DNA of 64,000 nt from Polyangiaceae bacterium. Lineage in GTDB: Bacteria > Myxococcota_A > Polyangia > Polyangiales > Polyangiaceae. Location of the stretch: NCBI GenBank assembly GCA_965222375.1, contig CBDCTZ010000015.1:96001-160000 (forward strand), given 5' to 3'. The position numbers and the translations under genes were made by a program. Shown here one piece after another: positions 39,184 through 48,478 of the stretch (position 1 is the stretch's first letter; every line of letters starts with the position of its first letter). The notes under the pieces are model-generated. The model made no database searches, had not been told where the DNA came from, and saw nothing but the letters and a program-made list of their open reading frames with translations.

Positions 39184-40335
39184 ATGAATCGTCTTATATC
39201 TTGCTTGAGCATCGGCTTGCTAGCGGCTCTGAGTGGTTCGGTCTCCTCCTCTTGCGCAACCAGCGATTCGGGAGGCGTCGGAGGCAACGGTGGCTTTGGG
39301 GCGTTCGGGGGAAACGCTGGCTCTGGCGGAGTTGGCGGGTCCAGCGCGGCTGGAGGTTTCGGCGGCTTTGGCGGCAGCGGCGCTGTCGGCGGGTTTGGCG
39401 CAACTGGCGCAGTTGGCGGCTCTAGTGGCAGCGGCGGCTCTGGCGCGGTTGGCGGCTCTGGCGCGGTTGGCGGCTCTGGCGCGGTTGGCGGCTCTGGCGG
39501 CAGCGGCGGCTCAATCCCGAACGGTCAGCTCGCAAGCGCTTGCGTGAGCAACGCCGAGTGTGGCGCAGGCCTGACGTGCATTCTCCCCAACTCAGGAGCC
39601 TGGGACGGCGAGGGTCCCGCCAAGGGATACTGCTCTAAGGAATGCACTACCCCAACGGACTGCACGGGCGTCGACCCCACCGCCGAGTGCATCCCCTTCG
39701 GAACCAAGAGTTATTGTCTCAAGGGCTGCGTCATTGGAACTCCGTTCGGCCCGGGCAAGTGCCATGGGCGCTCCGAGGTCGGCTGCAACACGTACCTACG
39801 CGGTGCGTCGCTGGGTGCGTGCGGCACTGGCAATACCTGTCCCGCAGGTCAGGCTTGCGCCACGGACGGAATGTGCCACCAAACGTTCGCGGCGTGTTCA
39901 GCGCTTTGCGCGGTGTCCGCGGATTGCCCGACTGGAATGATCTGCAACCCGAACACGGGGCTTTGCTCAACGACACCGCCGACCGGTAGCGCGTTGGGGG
40001 CCAGCTGCACGTCTACGCCAGCGGGCCAATGTCAGGGCTTCTGTGTAGGGGTTACGGGCACGACCTCCCGCTTCTGCAGCCAGCTGTGCGTAGTGGGCGC
40101 GCCGAATGCCTGCGGTTGGGCGGGCCCTGGGACCAAGGGCAACGCGCTGTGCGGGCTGGTGTTCGACCAAGCAGCAACGAGCGGCGACGTTGGCGCCTGC
40201 TCAGTACTTTGCGACTGCAACTCAGAATGCCCCACGGGCTACATCTGCGAGGCTGACGCCAACGTGCAGACCAACGCTCTGCGCAAGGGCACCTGCGGCC
40301 CGGGCACCACCGGCGGCATTCCGACCTGCAGCTGA
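39184..40335 (+). CDS. Gly-linker, Cys-rich lipoprotein
   Basis: Signal peptide + Cys; GGFG and GGSGAV repeats (18-bp exact repeat around 39433-39498); Cys-rich C-terminus. Confidence 0.8.
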   Translation: MNRLISCLSIGLLAALSGSVSSSCATSDSGGVGGNGGFGAFGGNAGSGGVGGSSAAGGFGGFGGSGAVGGFGATGAVGGSSGSGGSGAVGGSGAVGGSGAVGGSGGSGGSIPNGQLASACVSNAECGAGLTCILPNSGAWDGEGPAKGYCSKECTTPTDCTGVDPTAECIPFGTKSYCLKGCVIGTPFGPGKCHGRSEVGCNTYLRGASLGACGTGNTCPAGQACATDGMCHQTFAACSALCAVSADCPTGMICNPNTGLCSTTPPTGSALGASCTSTPAGQCQGFCVGVTGTTSRFCSQLCVVGAPNACGWAGPGTKGNALCGLVFDQAATSGDVGACSVLCDCNSECPTGYICEADANVQTNALRKGTCGPGTTGGIPTCS

Positions 40336-40392
40336 TTCGACCTCAGGCGCCGCGCCACGTGCGGGGCGCCCAGCGCCACCCGGCGATGGGCG

Positions 40393-41394
40393 TCAGGGTA
40401 AGAAGCGATAAGTGAACGTCAGCAACGGCACCACCGGGGGCGGTTCGTCCACGTCTAGGGGTCTTAGCAGGGTCAGGTCTAGCGCCCAGGTGCGGTAGGG
40501 GAACCGAAAACCCGCGGAAACCGCAACGCCATGATACTCGCCGGCCTCACTCCCGATGGGCATCAGCGTATCCGCTTCGAATAGGACGGCGCCCCAACTC
40601 GCAACCCGCCATATGATGCCGACACCGGGCACTGTGACGAAGGCGGGGCCAGCCAATAGCGCTGTCATGGCAACGCTCGCGCTCGATTCGCACGCGCGGT
40701 CGAAGCACAGCTGCGTGACCCCCCCAGCACGCCCAACCACGAACCCGCCTTCCTCGAAACCGAATAGACCCGTGAGGGCGCCGATGGCCGCGACGCGCAC
40801 AGGCCCCTCAGCGAGCAGAGTCGTCTTCAAACTCAGGTCCAACGGGAAGATCGCATCTTCGCCAAGGGGCGGCGTGCCGCTCAGCGTGATTTGAGTGCTG
40901 TCCGTCACGGCATAACCCAACTGCAGGAAAACGATGTCCGTCGACGACATGTAGAACGTGCCCTCAGGGTGGGTCATCGCCGTGGGTTGGATCACGATCC
41001 GGTCGAGGTGAGCATCGCCCACGCGACTGCGGCTCGGGCCGCGTCGTTGTCGCGACTGGTTCCAGCCCGCTGCGCCTAGGCGAGGCGTGTAGGCCGGGGC
41101 GACATAGGGGGGCGAGGGCTGGGCCGGAGCTGTCGCTGGAGCGACGTAGCGAGGCGCTGACGGCTGGGTCGCAGCGGTCTCCGGCTGCGGTGGCGGAGGG
41201 GCCTTCAGCGGAGCAGCCGCCGGCGGGGCAGGCCCGGGTGTGAAGCCCGAGTCACCCTCCCCAGTAACGTTCCGTCCACTACTGGCTCCCGCGTCGGGAG
41301 TGTCCTGCGCCCCCGCGTCTACTGCCAACAACATTGCCGCAGCCAAGGGGGCACAACGCAAAACCAGCGTTGTTCTGCGGATAAAGGCAGGCAC
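40393..41394 (-). CDS. Hypothetical secreted/outer-membrane protein (start uncertain)
   Basis: Signal peptide ending AGA/Q, Pro-rich linker, amphipathic beta strands ending FTYRFLP. Confidence 0.65.
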   Translation of the reverse strand: MPAFIRRTTLVLRCAPLAAAMLLAVDAGAQDTPDAGASSGRNVTGEGDSGFTPGPAPPAAAPLKAPPPPQPETAATQPSAPRYVAPATAPAQPSPPYVAPAYTPRLGAAGWNQSRQRRGPSRSRVGDAHLDRIVIQPTAMTHPEGTFYMSSTDIVFLQLGYAVTDSTQITLSGTPPLGEDAIFPLDLSLKTTLLAEGPVRVAAIGALTGLFGFEEGGFVVGRAGGVTQLCFDRACESSASVAMTALLAGPAFVTVPGVGIIWRVASWGAVLFEADTLMPIGSEAGEYHGVAVSAGFRFPYRTWALDLTLLRPLDVDEPPPVVPLLTFTYRFLP

Positions 41395-41484
41395 GCAGGG
41401 CCGAGGATAGTCATCCTGGTGCATGGCTGCTACGTTGGAAAGCGCATGGGGCAAGTTGGAATGGCTCCTGCTTGTATTCACGTC

Positions 41485-42081
41485 GTGTTCCAGCGGCTAT
41501 CGACAGTGGGCGCGCTCGGTTTGGTCATGCTTGCCCTGGCGTGCGGTCGGAGCGGTCTGGGTCTCGAGGGCGAGGAGTTCATCGACGAGGATTCCGGGCT
41601 CCCCGCACTGGAGGCCGGCACCGGAGGCACCGCGGCGGAAGGCGGCAGCCCCAACACCTGCGTGCCCACAGAAGAAATCTGCAACGGAACAGACGATGAC
41701 TGCGACGGCCTGGTAGACGAGGTGCCCGCAGTGCCGTGTCAGGATGGCGGCTACAGCTACTGCATTTCCGGCAAGATGAGTGAGTGCCCTCGGCGCTGTG
41801 AGACCTGTATGCCCGGCAGTCAGCGCATCTGCTTTATCTCCTACTGCAAGTATTGGGCGGAGCAGACATGTACAGCCGACGGCAAGTCCTTTGGCAAGTG
41901 CCAGGAACAAGACCCGCCGCCAGAATGCAAAGCCGTTGCGAAGGACAAGAAGTACTCCAAAGCGCTCGAACAGTGCTGCCTGGATGCCGGCTACTGTTGC
42001 CTGGACGAGTTCGATCTCGACGATGATGGCAACACTACGGAGATGATTGGCCAGTGCGACGACGTTACGTGCGCGCCCTGA
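41485..42081 (+). CDS. Cys-rich lipoprotein with MopE-like motif
   Basis: ALAC lipobox; EEICNGTDDDCDGLVDE. Confidence 0.75.
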   Translation: MFQRLSTVGALGLVMLALACGRSGLGLEGEEFIDEDSGLPALEAGTGGTAAEGGSPNTCVPTEEICNGTDDDCDGLVDEVPAVPCQDGGYSYCISGKMSECPRRCETCMPGSQRICFISYCKYWAEQTCTADGKSFGKCQEQDPPPECKAVAKDKKYSKALEQCCLDAGYCCLDEFDLDDDGNTTEMIGQCDDVTCAP

Positions 42082-42923
42082 GCTCCTGCGCCCTGCTAGC
42101 GGCCGTACTGCTTCCCGCCCCCGCAGGCGCAGCGCCGTGCGGGCGGCCCGACCTGCTGGATGCCGTCCCGCCAGATGGCGCCGAGAACGTCCCGACGAAC
42201 GCGCGCCTTTTTGCCCGCTACGCCACCATCGCCGAGTACGTGAACGAGGACATCACCTTCACGGCGGAGGGCGATGCGCCGGTTACGGCGAAAGGCAGCT
42301 TCGACTCCACGGAGGGCTTGCTGAGTATCGATCCACCCGACGCGTTGGTCTCCGGCAAGTCCTACACCGTGAGTTGGCCGCGCCTGCGCGGCTTTGGCAC
42401 TGCAAATCTGGGTCGAGGCAAGGACGTCACATTCCGCGTCGGCTCGAACAGTGACGAAGCACCGCCTGACTTCGCTGGTGTGCGCAGCGTCGATTGGGAC
42501 GTAACCCGAGACCAGGACGACTGCACAGATCGCTTGGAGAAGCGCTACGTTTTCGACCTCGAGCTGGACCCTGCGAGCGACGACGGCGGTCGAGATTCGC
42601 TGATGCTTGTCGTATTCCAAACTCGGGGTCCGGGTTTGGCCGCACCAAAGCCCGTCAGCGTGCGCCGGCTTCCCACGGCTGGCAACTCGGTCTACATCAA
42701 GCAGACCATCGGCAACGGTGCCGGAGACGTCTGCTTTGCCGCCATCGTCCGAGATCTGACCGGCAAGGCTTCGGCAAGCGGAGCAACCGAGGTCTGCACC
42801 GAAACCGTGGAACCGCCCTTCTTCGAGGGCTGCGCGGTGAGGGCACCCGCCGAGAAATCTCACACCGTTTGGTTGGCTTGGCTCATGGCCTTCGCACTTG
42901 CGTGGGCACGTCGCACGCGATGA
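42069..42923 (+). CDS. Ig-like (Big_5-type) secreted protein with MYXO-CTERM-like tail
   Basis: P.DGAENVPTN, L..GKSYTV; GCAV + hydrophobic + RR tail. Confidence 0.7.
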   Translation: MRALSSCALLAAVLLPAPAGAAPCGRPDLLDAVPPDGAENVPTNARLFARYATIAEYVNEDITFTAEGDAPVTAKGSFDSTEGLLSIDPPDALVSGKSYTVSWPRLRGFGTANLGRGKDVTFRVGSNSDEAPPDFAGVRSVDWDVTRDQDDCTDRLEKRYVFDLELDPASDDGGRDSLMLVVFQTRGPGLAAPKPVSVRRLPTAGNSVYIKQTIGNGAGDVCFAAIVRDLTGKASASGATEVCTETVEPPFFEGCAVRAPAEKSHTVWLAWLMAFALAWARRTR

Positions 42924-44038
42924 AGATCGTAGCTCATAGAGTCGCGGCCGCGTTGGCCTTACTCTCGAGCGGGGCAGTGGCGCAAGCGCCGCCGCCCACG
43001 ACTGCTCCCGCCGGCCCCAACACCGCGTCGGTTCCGAGCCCAGCACCGCCCGCGCCTGCGCCGCCAGCCAGCACGCCACCTGCGCCGCAACCCACTCCGC
43101 CGCCTGCCCCGCCAATGGCCGCGCCGCAGCCCGTGACTCCACAGCCCTCACCCACGCCCACCTCGACCCAACCCGGCGGGCCAAGGCCGGCGATACCCAC
43201 GGGTCCCAGGATCGCGGTTTTCGATGTGCTGCCCATGGGCGCAGACCCGCGACTCGCAGCGGACCTGACCCATGCGCTGCGAAGGCGCGCAGCACAACTC
43301 GGATACGTGCCTCTGCCTCCTGAAAGGCTCCACGCGCCACCTGCGACGAGCCAAGGGAGCCAGGGCATCACGCCTCAGGTCGCGGCACAGTTGGTGCGCA
43401 GTGTCGGCGCCGAGCGCGGTGTGTTCGCGAGCGTTAGCGTCGAACCGGGCAAGTACCGGCTCCGCATCTTCGTCACCACGCCCGATGGCGACTCCGACGA
43501 ACTCAGCGCTTCAGAATCTCCGTCGCAGCTCTTCGCCGCGACGGACAAGCTCCTGGCGGAGCTTTTGCCCGAGGTCGAGCCACCGGAGCCCATCGATCCC
43601 AACCAACCGGCCTTCACCTCCCCCAGCCTGCGCCTAGCCGCGGGCACCGAAGGCGCCATCGGTCTCTCGGGTGCCGGCTTCTACAACCACCTGGTGCACG
43701 CTCGCCTCGACACCGTCTTCGCGTCATCCACATCAGTCGGGTTCGAACTCGCCTACGCCAACCTCAAGGGCCGCGATGGCCGCGCACACAACGTGCTGCC
43801 GTCCGTCGTGCTCGAGCATGCCGTCGAGCTAGGCAGCGGCTGGTCCCTGCCGTTCAGTTTCTCACCCGGCTACCTGCCCAACAACGGCCCAGTCCTCCAA
43901 GTTGCCGCCGGCTTCGCCTACGCCTTCGACGACACCACCGAACTGTCCCTGAGCCCTCTAGCCCCCGCCGCTTGGATCACCAAAGACGAAGCGGTCTACA
44001 GTTTGAACGTCAGCGCTGAACTCCGATTCGGGATTTGA
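42920..44038 (+). CDS. Hypothetical secreted protein: Pro-rich linker, alpha/beta domain and probable C-terminal beta-barrel
   Basis: ATGA overlap with the previous gene; signal AVA/Q; ends ELRFGI. Confidence 0.7.
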   Translation: MKIVAHRVAAALALLSSGAVAQAPPPTTAPAGPNTASVPSPAPPAPAPPASTPPAPQPTPPPAPPMAAPQPVTPQPSPTPTSTQPGGPRPAIPTGPRIAVFDVLPMGADPRLAADLTHALRRRAAQLGYVPLPPERLHAPPATSQGSQGITPQVAAQLVRSVGAERGVFASVSVEPGKYRLRIFVTTPDGDSDELSASESPSQLFAATDKLLAELLPEVEPPEPIDPNQPAFTSPSLRLAAGTEGAIGLSGAGFYNHLVHARLDTVFASSTSVGFELAYANLKGRDGRAHNVLPSVVLEHAVELGSGWSLPFSFSPGYLPNNGPVLQVAAGFAYAFDDTTELSLSPLAPAAWITKDEAVYSLNVSAELRFGI

Positions 44039-44125
44039 ACCTCGCAGAGGAATTCCCAGGAACGACTGATTTTCCAACGTGGACGGAATGTAGGCGCGAA
44101 TCCGACATAAACCTACACCTTCAGC

Positions 44126-44154
44126 TTGACGACACGTGCTCTGGACGGTAGCCC
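44126..44154 (+). promoter_or_regulatory. Putative sigma70-type promoter
   Basis: TTGACG-17 nt-TAGCCC upstream of GGGAGG RBS and ATG 44181; the -10 match is weak. Confidence 0.35.
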
Positions 44155-44180
44155 TGCCCCGCTTTTCGGGAGGCTAAACA

Positions 44181-45569
44181 ATGACGTTGAAGAAGTTGGG
44201 TTGGTCAGCTGCGATGGGTTTCGCGTGCGTCGCAATGGCGTGTGCGTCTGAGGACGACAGCACGATTGGAACGGGTGGCTCGGGCAACTTCGGCGGCTTC
44301 GGCACCGGCGGAACTGGTACCGGAGGCTTCAGCACTGGCGGTTTCTCGACCGGAGGCACGGGAGCTATCAGCACCGGGGGCACGGGCAACGTGGGCACCG
44401 GCGGCACGGCGACCGGCGGCACGGGCAACGTGGGCACCGGAGGCGCGGCAACCGGCGGCACGGGCGCTGTGGGCACCGGCGGAACGGCCACGGGTGGAGC
44501 AAGTGGCAGCGGTGGCGCTGGCACGGGAGGCTTCGGCACCGGCGGATTCGGCACGGGAGGCTTCGGCACCGGCGGCAGCTCCGGCGGCGGCACTTGCGTT
44601 GGCAACTGCGGCTTGGGCGATCCCTCTGGCTCGTGTTTCTGCGATTCCAGCTGCTTGAGCTTGGGCGACTGCTGCAGCGACTATCTGACCGTCTGCGGCG
44701 GAAGCGGCGGAAGCGGCGGGGGTGGTACCGGAGGGTCCGGTGGCTCCACGGGCGGCAGTGGTGGTGTCGCTACGGGTGGCACGGGTGGCGTCGCCACGGG
44801 TGGTACAGGTGGCGTTGCGACCGGCGGAACCGGTGGTGTTGCTACGGGTGGCACGGGTGGCACGGGTGGCGTCGCCACGGGTGGCACCGGCGGAACCGGC
44901 GGGACCACGGGTTGCCAGAACGCAGAAGAGTGTTCCAACCCCGCCACGATGATCTGCAACCCCAAGACATTCCAGTGCCAAGCGGGTCAGTGCACGGCCA
45001 CGAGCCAGTGCCCGAACAATGAGGCTTGCTTGGGCCAGGTCCCGAGCGCGGCAGTGGGCGCCTGCTACCCGCAATGCACACCCTACGCCACAGGCACCGG
45101 CTGCGCATCCACTCACGACTGCGTGCCGTACCTGCTCGACGGAACCGAGGGCGCGTGCTTCCAAAAGGGCACCACCGCTGATGGCGCCGCCTGCGCCGAC
45201 ACGGACGTTGGCACGGGCTGCGTCGCTGGCAGCATCTGCGTGCGCGACTCGGGCGTTCGCGTCTGTCGTCGCCAATGCAACTTCTTCGCTTCCAGCCCTG
45301 CATGCGTCGCCTCCCAGCGCTGCGCTCTGGGCGGGGTGTGCATCGCGGAGGGCGGCGACGCCGCGGCTCTCGGCGCTGCGTGCTCGGTTGCCAGTGCGGC
45401 GGGCGAAATCTGCGGCAACGATGGCAAGGCCTGGCGCGGCACCTGTCAAGACCTCGGTAGTGGCCTCCGCTGCTACAAGGTTTGCCGCACCTCGGTCTCT
45501 GCGGATTGCACCAGCAGCCAGACGTGTTCCCCCTTCCAGAGCGACACGACCGCTGGCGTCTGCATCTGA
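44181..45569 (+). CDS. Gly/Thr-linker lipoprotein with a somatomedin-B-like domain and Cys-rich C-terminus
   Basis: AMAC lipobox; TCVGNC...SCFCDSSCLSLGDCCSDYLTVC. Confidence 0.8.
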   Translation: MTLKKLGWSAAMGFACVAMACASEDDSTIGTGGSGNFGGFGTGGTGTGGFSTGGFSTGGTGAISTGGTGNVGTGGTATGGTGNVGTGGAATGGTGAVGTGGTATGGASGSGGAGTGGFGTGGFGTGGFGTGGSSGGGTCVGNCGLGDPSGSCFCDSSCLSLGDCCSDYLTVCGGSGGSGGGGTGGSGGSTGGSGGVATGGTGGVATGGTGGVATGGTGGVATGGTGGTGGVATGGTGGTGGTTGCQNAEECSNPATMICNPKTFQCQAGQCTATSQCPNNEACLGQVPSAAVGACYPQCTPYATGTGCASTHDCVPYLLDGTEGACFQKGTTADGAACADTDVGTGCVAGSICVRDSGVRVCRRQCNFFASSPACVASQRCALGGVCIAEGGDAAALGAACSVASAAGEICGNDGKAWRGTCQDLGSGLRCYKVCRTSVSADCTSSQTCSPFQSDTTAGVCI

Positions 45570-45588
45570 GCCAAGCGCCAACACGACG

Positions 45589-45631
45589 AAACCCGCCTGC
45601 GCAATCGCGCCGGCGGGTTTTGTTTTTTGTT
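45589..45631 (+). terminator. Rho-independent terminator
   Basis: AAACCCGCC...GGCGGGTTT stem followed by TGTTTTTTGTT, 20 nt after the stop. Confidence 0.8.
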
Positions 45632-45652
45632 GGGCTCGCCTAGAGTCGGCCC

Positions 45653-46405
45653 GTGCGCGGGATGGGCCCTCCGGAGACGTTTTGGCTGAGGGCAGGCGTC
45701 GCCGCTGTGTGGCTGGCCACGGGTCTGCTGGTCGTGCACCCAACCTATCGCAGCATTGGCGGAAACTTCCTCGATCGCCTCGGCTTGCCGGTGTGGTTGA
45801 TGCCAGCGACCTGCGTGTTCGAGGTCGGGCTGGGCCTCTATGTGCTGCTGCGCAGGGCTGGCAATCTCATCACGCTGCTGCAGTTGTCGATGGTGGTCAC
45901 CTTCACCGCAATCCTGGCAACGTTGGACGCGCGGCTTTTGGTCAATCCCTTTGGCATGCTGACCAAGAACGTACCGATCCTTGCCGCCGTCGTGACCGCG
46001 TGGCTGGTGGAGCGAGAAGGTTGGAGTAGCCGCGCAATGTGGCTCCTTCGGAGCGGCATGGCTTTCATCTGGCTGACTGAGGGACTCCTGCCCAAAGTGT
46101 TCTTTCAGCAAGCCGACGAACTCGCGATCGTGGAGGGCGTCGGGCTCTCTTTTGGGGCACCGGCCACGGTCCTGATGATCATAGGCGTGGTGCAGGCAGC
46201 GTCCGGCATCCTGGCGCTGGTGCTTTCGGGGCGCGCGCTGCGGCTCCTGTTGGCCGCCCAGGTTGCCGCGCTGGTCCTCCTGCCCTTGGTCGTTTCTTGG
46301 CAAGTGCCGTGGCTATGGTTTCATCCCTTTGGCCCGTTCACCAAGAACGTGCCAATCATCTTCGGAACGAGTGTAGTTCTGTGGCGCTGCTCATTGCGAT
46401 CCTAA
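45653..46405 (+). CDS. DoxX-like membrane protein (two internal repeats)
   Basis: Duplicated (A/F).W...GL and PFG..TKNVP motifs. Confidence 0.75.
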   Translation: MRGMGPPETFWLRAGVAAVWLATGLLVVHPTYRSIGGNFLDRLGLPVWLMPATCVFEVGLGLYVLLRRAGNLITLLQLSMVVTFTAILATLDARLLVNPFGMLTKNVPILAAVVTAWLVEREGWSSRAMWLLRSGMAFIWLTEGLLPKVFFQQADELAIVEGVGLSFGAPATVLMIIGVVQAASGILALVLSGRALRLLLAAQVAALVLLPLVVSWQVPWLWFHPFGPFTKNVPIIFGTSVVLWRCSLRS

Positions 46406-46857
46406 AAACCATTCACGTCTTTGCTGCGATCTTGTTCCTGGGCACAGGAGCGGGAAGCGCTTGGTACAAGCTGCGGGCTGCGCGCAGCAAAGACACCCAA
46501 GTGATCGCCTGGTGCGACGCCGAGGTCGTGTTTGCGGACTGGGTGTTCACGGTGCCATCCGGAGTGTTCGTTCCCGCGAGTGGGCTCTGGCTCGCCCATC
46601 TCTACAGCATCCCCCTGTCAACGGGCTGGCTCTGGCAAGGGCTTGTGGGCTACTGCATCGCGGGTATCACCTGGCTCCCGGCGGCGTTCATGCAAGTGCG
46701 AATGAAGCGTCTCTCAGCGAAAGCCCGAGACGAGGGCAGCGCGTTGCCCCCAGCCTGGCATCGCATGCAACGAGCCTGGGCCCTACTCGGAATTCCATCC
46801 TTCGGCGCAACCGTCGCTGTGGTGTGGATGATGGTATCGAAGCGCGCGCTTTTCTAG
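46381..46857 (+). CDS. DUF2269 family membrane protein
   Basis: LKTIHV..AILFLGTG.G, ADWVFT.P, W..LGIP.F....WMMVSK; commonly paired with DoxX-like genes. Confidence 0.8.
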   Translation: MALLIAILKTIHVFAAILFLGTGAGSAWYKLRAARSKDTQVIAWCDAEVVFADWVFTVPSGVFVPASGLWLAHLYSIPLSTGWLWQGLVGYCIAGITWLPAAFMQVRMKRLSAKARDEGSALPPAWHRMQRAWALLGIPSFGATVAVVWMMVSKRALF

Positions 46858-46862
46858 GCCAC

Positions 46863-47606
46863 TTAGGGCGCGGCCCGCAGCCCCAGCACTTGGCGCAAGA
46901 TAGCGTAGTCGTTCTGGGTGGCACGCTGGCAACTTGCTTGGTCTTCGGGAGGCACGGGGCCATCCCTCCAGGCCAGGCCCATCGACTTGGCCGCCATTAC
47001 CGAACTGACATCTTCGTTGTGCGTCAGTCCGAAGGTATGCCCCGCTTCGTGGGCGATCGTGCGCGCGAGCTGCTTGCGAGCATCTGCGGATGAAAGCTGC
47101 TCGGGAACGCAAGCTGCGGCCGCGAAGCCCACGTCACCGTCCTGGGCGCCAGCACAGTCGCGCACGGCCAAACCCGCCAAGGGGCATTGTTCCGCGAACT
47201 GAATTTCGCCAAAGGTATTGCCCACCACAAGCATCGTAAACTGTCCGCTTTTGGGGCGTTCGGTGACGACCTCGAGCGCAAAGGGTTGGTAGACGGCACG
47301 GACCTGCCGGGCAACGTCCTGGATCACACGGCTCCGGGTAGGCACAGCCGCATCGACGAATCGGTCCAACACGGGCGCAGCGATCTGATAAGGACCCGGG
47401 CCATCCGCCAGGGTGGTGAGGCCTGCGGCCGCATCGTTCTTGCTGCCGTAGCTCAGAAACGCACCGTCGAAGTTCAGATACAGGGTCGTGGCTTCAGAAG
47501 CAGTCGGATTCGGCTGTTTTGATTCGTTCCCGGGGCCCTCGGCAATGCCGCCACAAGCCATGCAGGTGGCGAGCGCCAGGGGTAGAGCTCGGCTGAGTCC
47601 ATGCAT
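46863..47606 (-). CDS. Metzincin (matrixin-like) metallopeptidase lipoprotein
   Basis: HEAGHTFGLTH plus Met-turn SVM; LYLNFDG. Confidence 0.85.
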   Translation of the reverse strand: MHGLSRALPLALATCMACGGIAEGPGNESKQPNPTASEATTLYLNFDGAFLSYGSKNDAAAGLTTLADGPGPYQIAAPVLDRFVDAAVPTRSRVIQDVARQVRAVYQPFALEVVTERPKSGQFTMLVVGNTFGEIQFAEQCPLAGLAVRDCAGAQDGDVGFAAAACVPEQLSSADARKQLARTIAHEAGHTFGLTHNEDVSSVMAAKSMGLAWRDGPVPPEDQASCQRATQNDYAILRQVLGLRAAP

Positions 47607-47671
47607 TCCTCGTCAGTCTGTTGCACCCCTTTGTCAGGGATTCACCGAGGAACGACAAAACCGATCAGGTG

Positions 47672-48301
47672 CTACTTTGCACCTTTCTTGCGCTCATCCG
47701 GCGTCAGATCCTTGTTCCGCCAGTAGAACTTCGTCTTCTTGTCTTCGGCGTCCTCGATGAAGCCGACCATCTGCATTTCGGCCTCGATGAACTTCGTTCC
47801 TTCAGGCACGTGATCCTTGGCCACGCAAGAGAAAGTGATGACGGCTTTTTCATCGACCTTCATTGGGCCTTGGAAGATCTTGCCGGCGCAGGTCTGGGCG
47901 GGCTTTTCCTTTTCGCCGTCCTTCACCATGAGCTGCTGGCCCGCCTTGTCGTAGAAGTAAGCGTACATCTTCCCATATAGGATAGGGAGCTTCGCGATGT
48001 TCTTGACGCGGAAGGACGGACCGTCGTCTTTCATCTTTCCGGTCCACTGGACTTCCATGAGGCGCTCGGAGCCTTTGGCTTCGCAGGGCTTGTTGAAAGA
48101 ACCCGTACCTTTGGATTTCTCGGGGCAGTCATGCTGCACTTCGGGTTCGGGCTTTGCCGTGGGTTTGGGCGGTGGCGCGACCACCGGCGCCGCGCTGGGT
48201 TTGGCTTTCGGCTCGGGTTTCTTCTCTTCTTCGCAAGCCGTCGCGCCCAAGGCGACCAGGGACAGCACCAAAGCTCCAGAGATCTGCGTCGCCCTCGACA
48301 T
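47672..48301 (-). CDS. Hypothetical lipoprotein
   Basis: ATAC lipobox, Lys/Pro linker, GC-biased third codon positions. Confidence 0.75.
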   Translation of the reverse strand: MSRATQISGALVLSLVALGATACEEEKKPEPKAKPSAAPVVAPPPKPTAKPEPEVQHDCPEKSKGTGSFNKPCEAKGSERLMEVQWTGKMKDDGPSFRVKNIAKLPILYGKMYAYFYDKAGQQLMVKDGEKEKPAQTCAGKIFQGPMKVDEKAVITFSCVAKDHVPEGTKFIEAEMQMVGFIEDAEDKKTKFYWRNKDLTPDERKKGAK

Positions 48302-48478
48302 ATCTTTCGGCTCCCTTCGCAGCGCCGGCGCAATTCACCAGGCGCAACCTCCCGGTCACGCTAGTTCAAGCGCCTCGAGGTAATCAAGCACAGGCCTGGA
48401 GTCTGTGATTGAGCCGCCGGAACGCACTGACGGATCGAGACCGGCTCAGATTGACTGCGGGCCTGGTTGCGCCAGCGG

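Noticed and set aside
2343..45743. Long antisense or alternative-frame ORFs (e.g. 2343-3377, 24043-25143, 42096-43340, 44205-45743)
   Set aside because: Shadow ORFs of high-GC coding strands; Arg/Ala/Pro-rich without motifs and fully overlapping better-supported genes.
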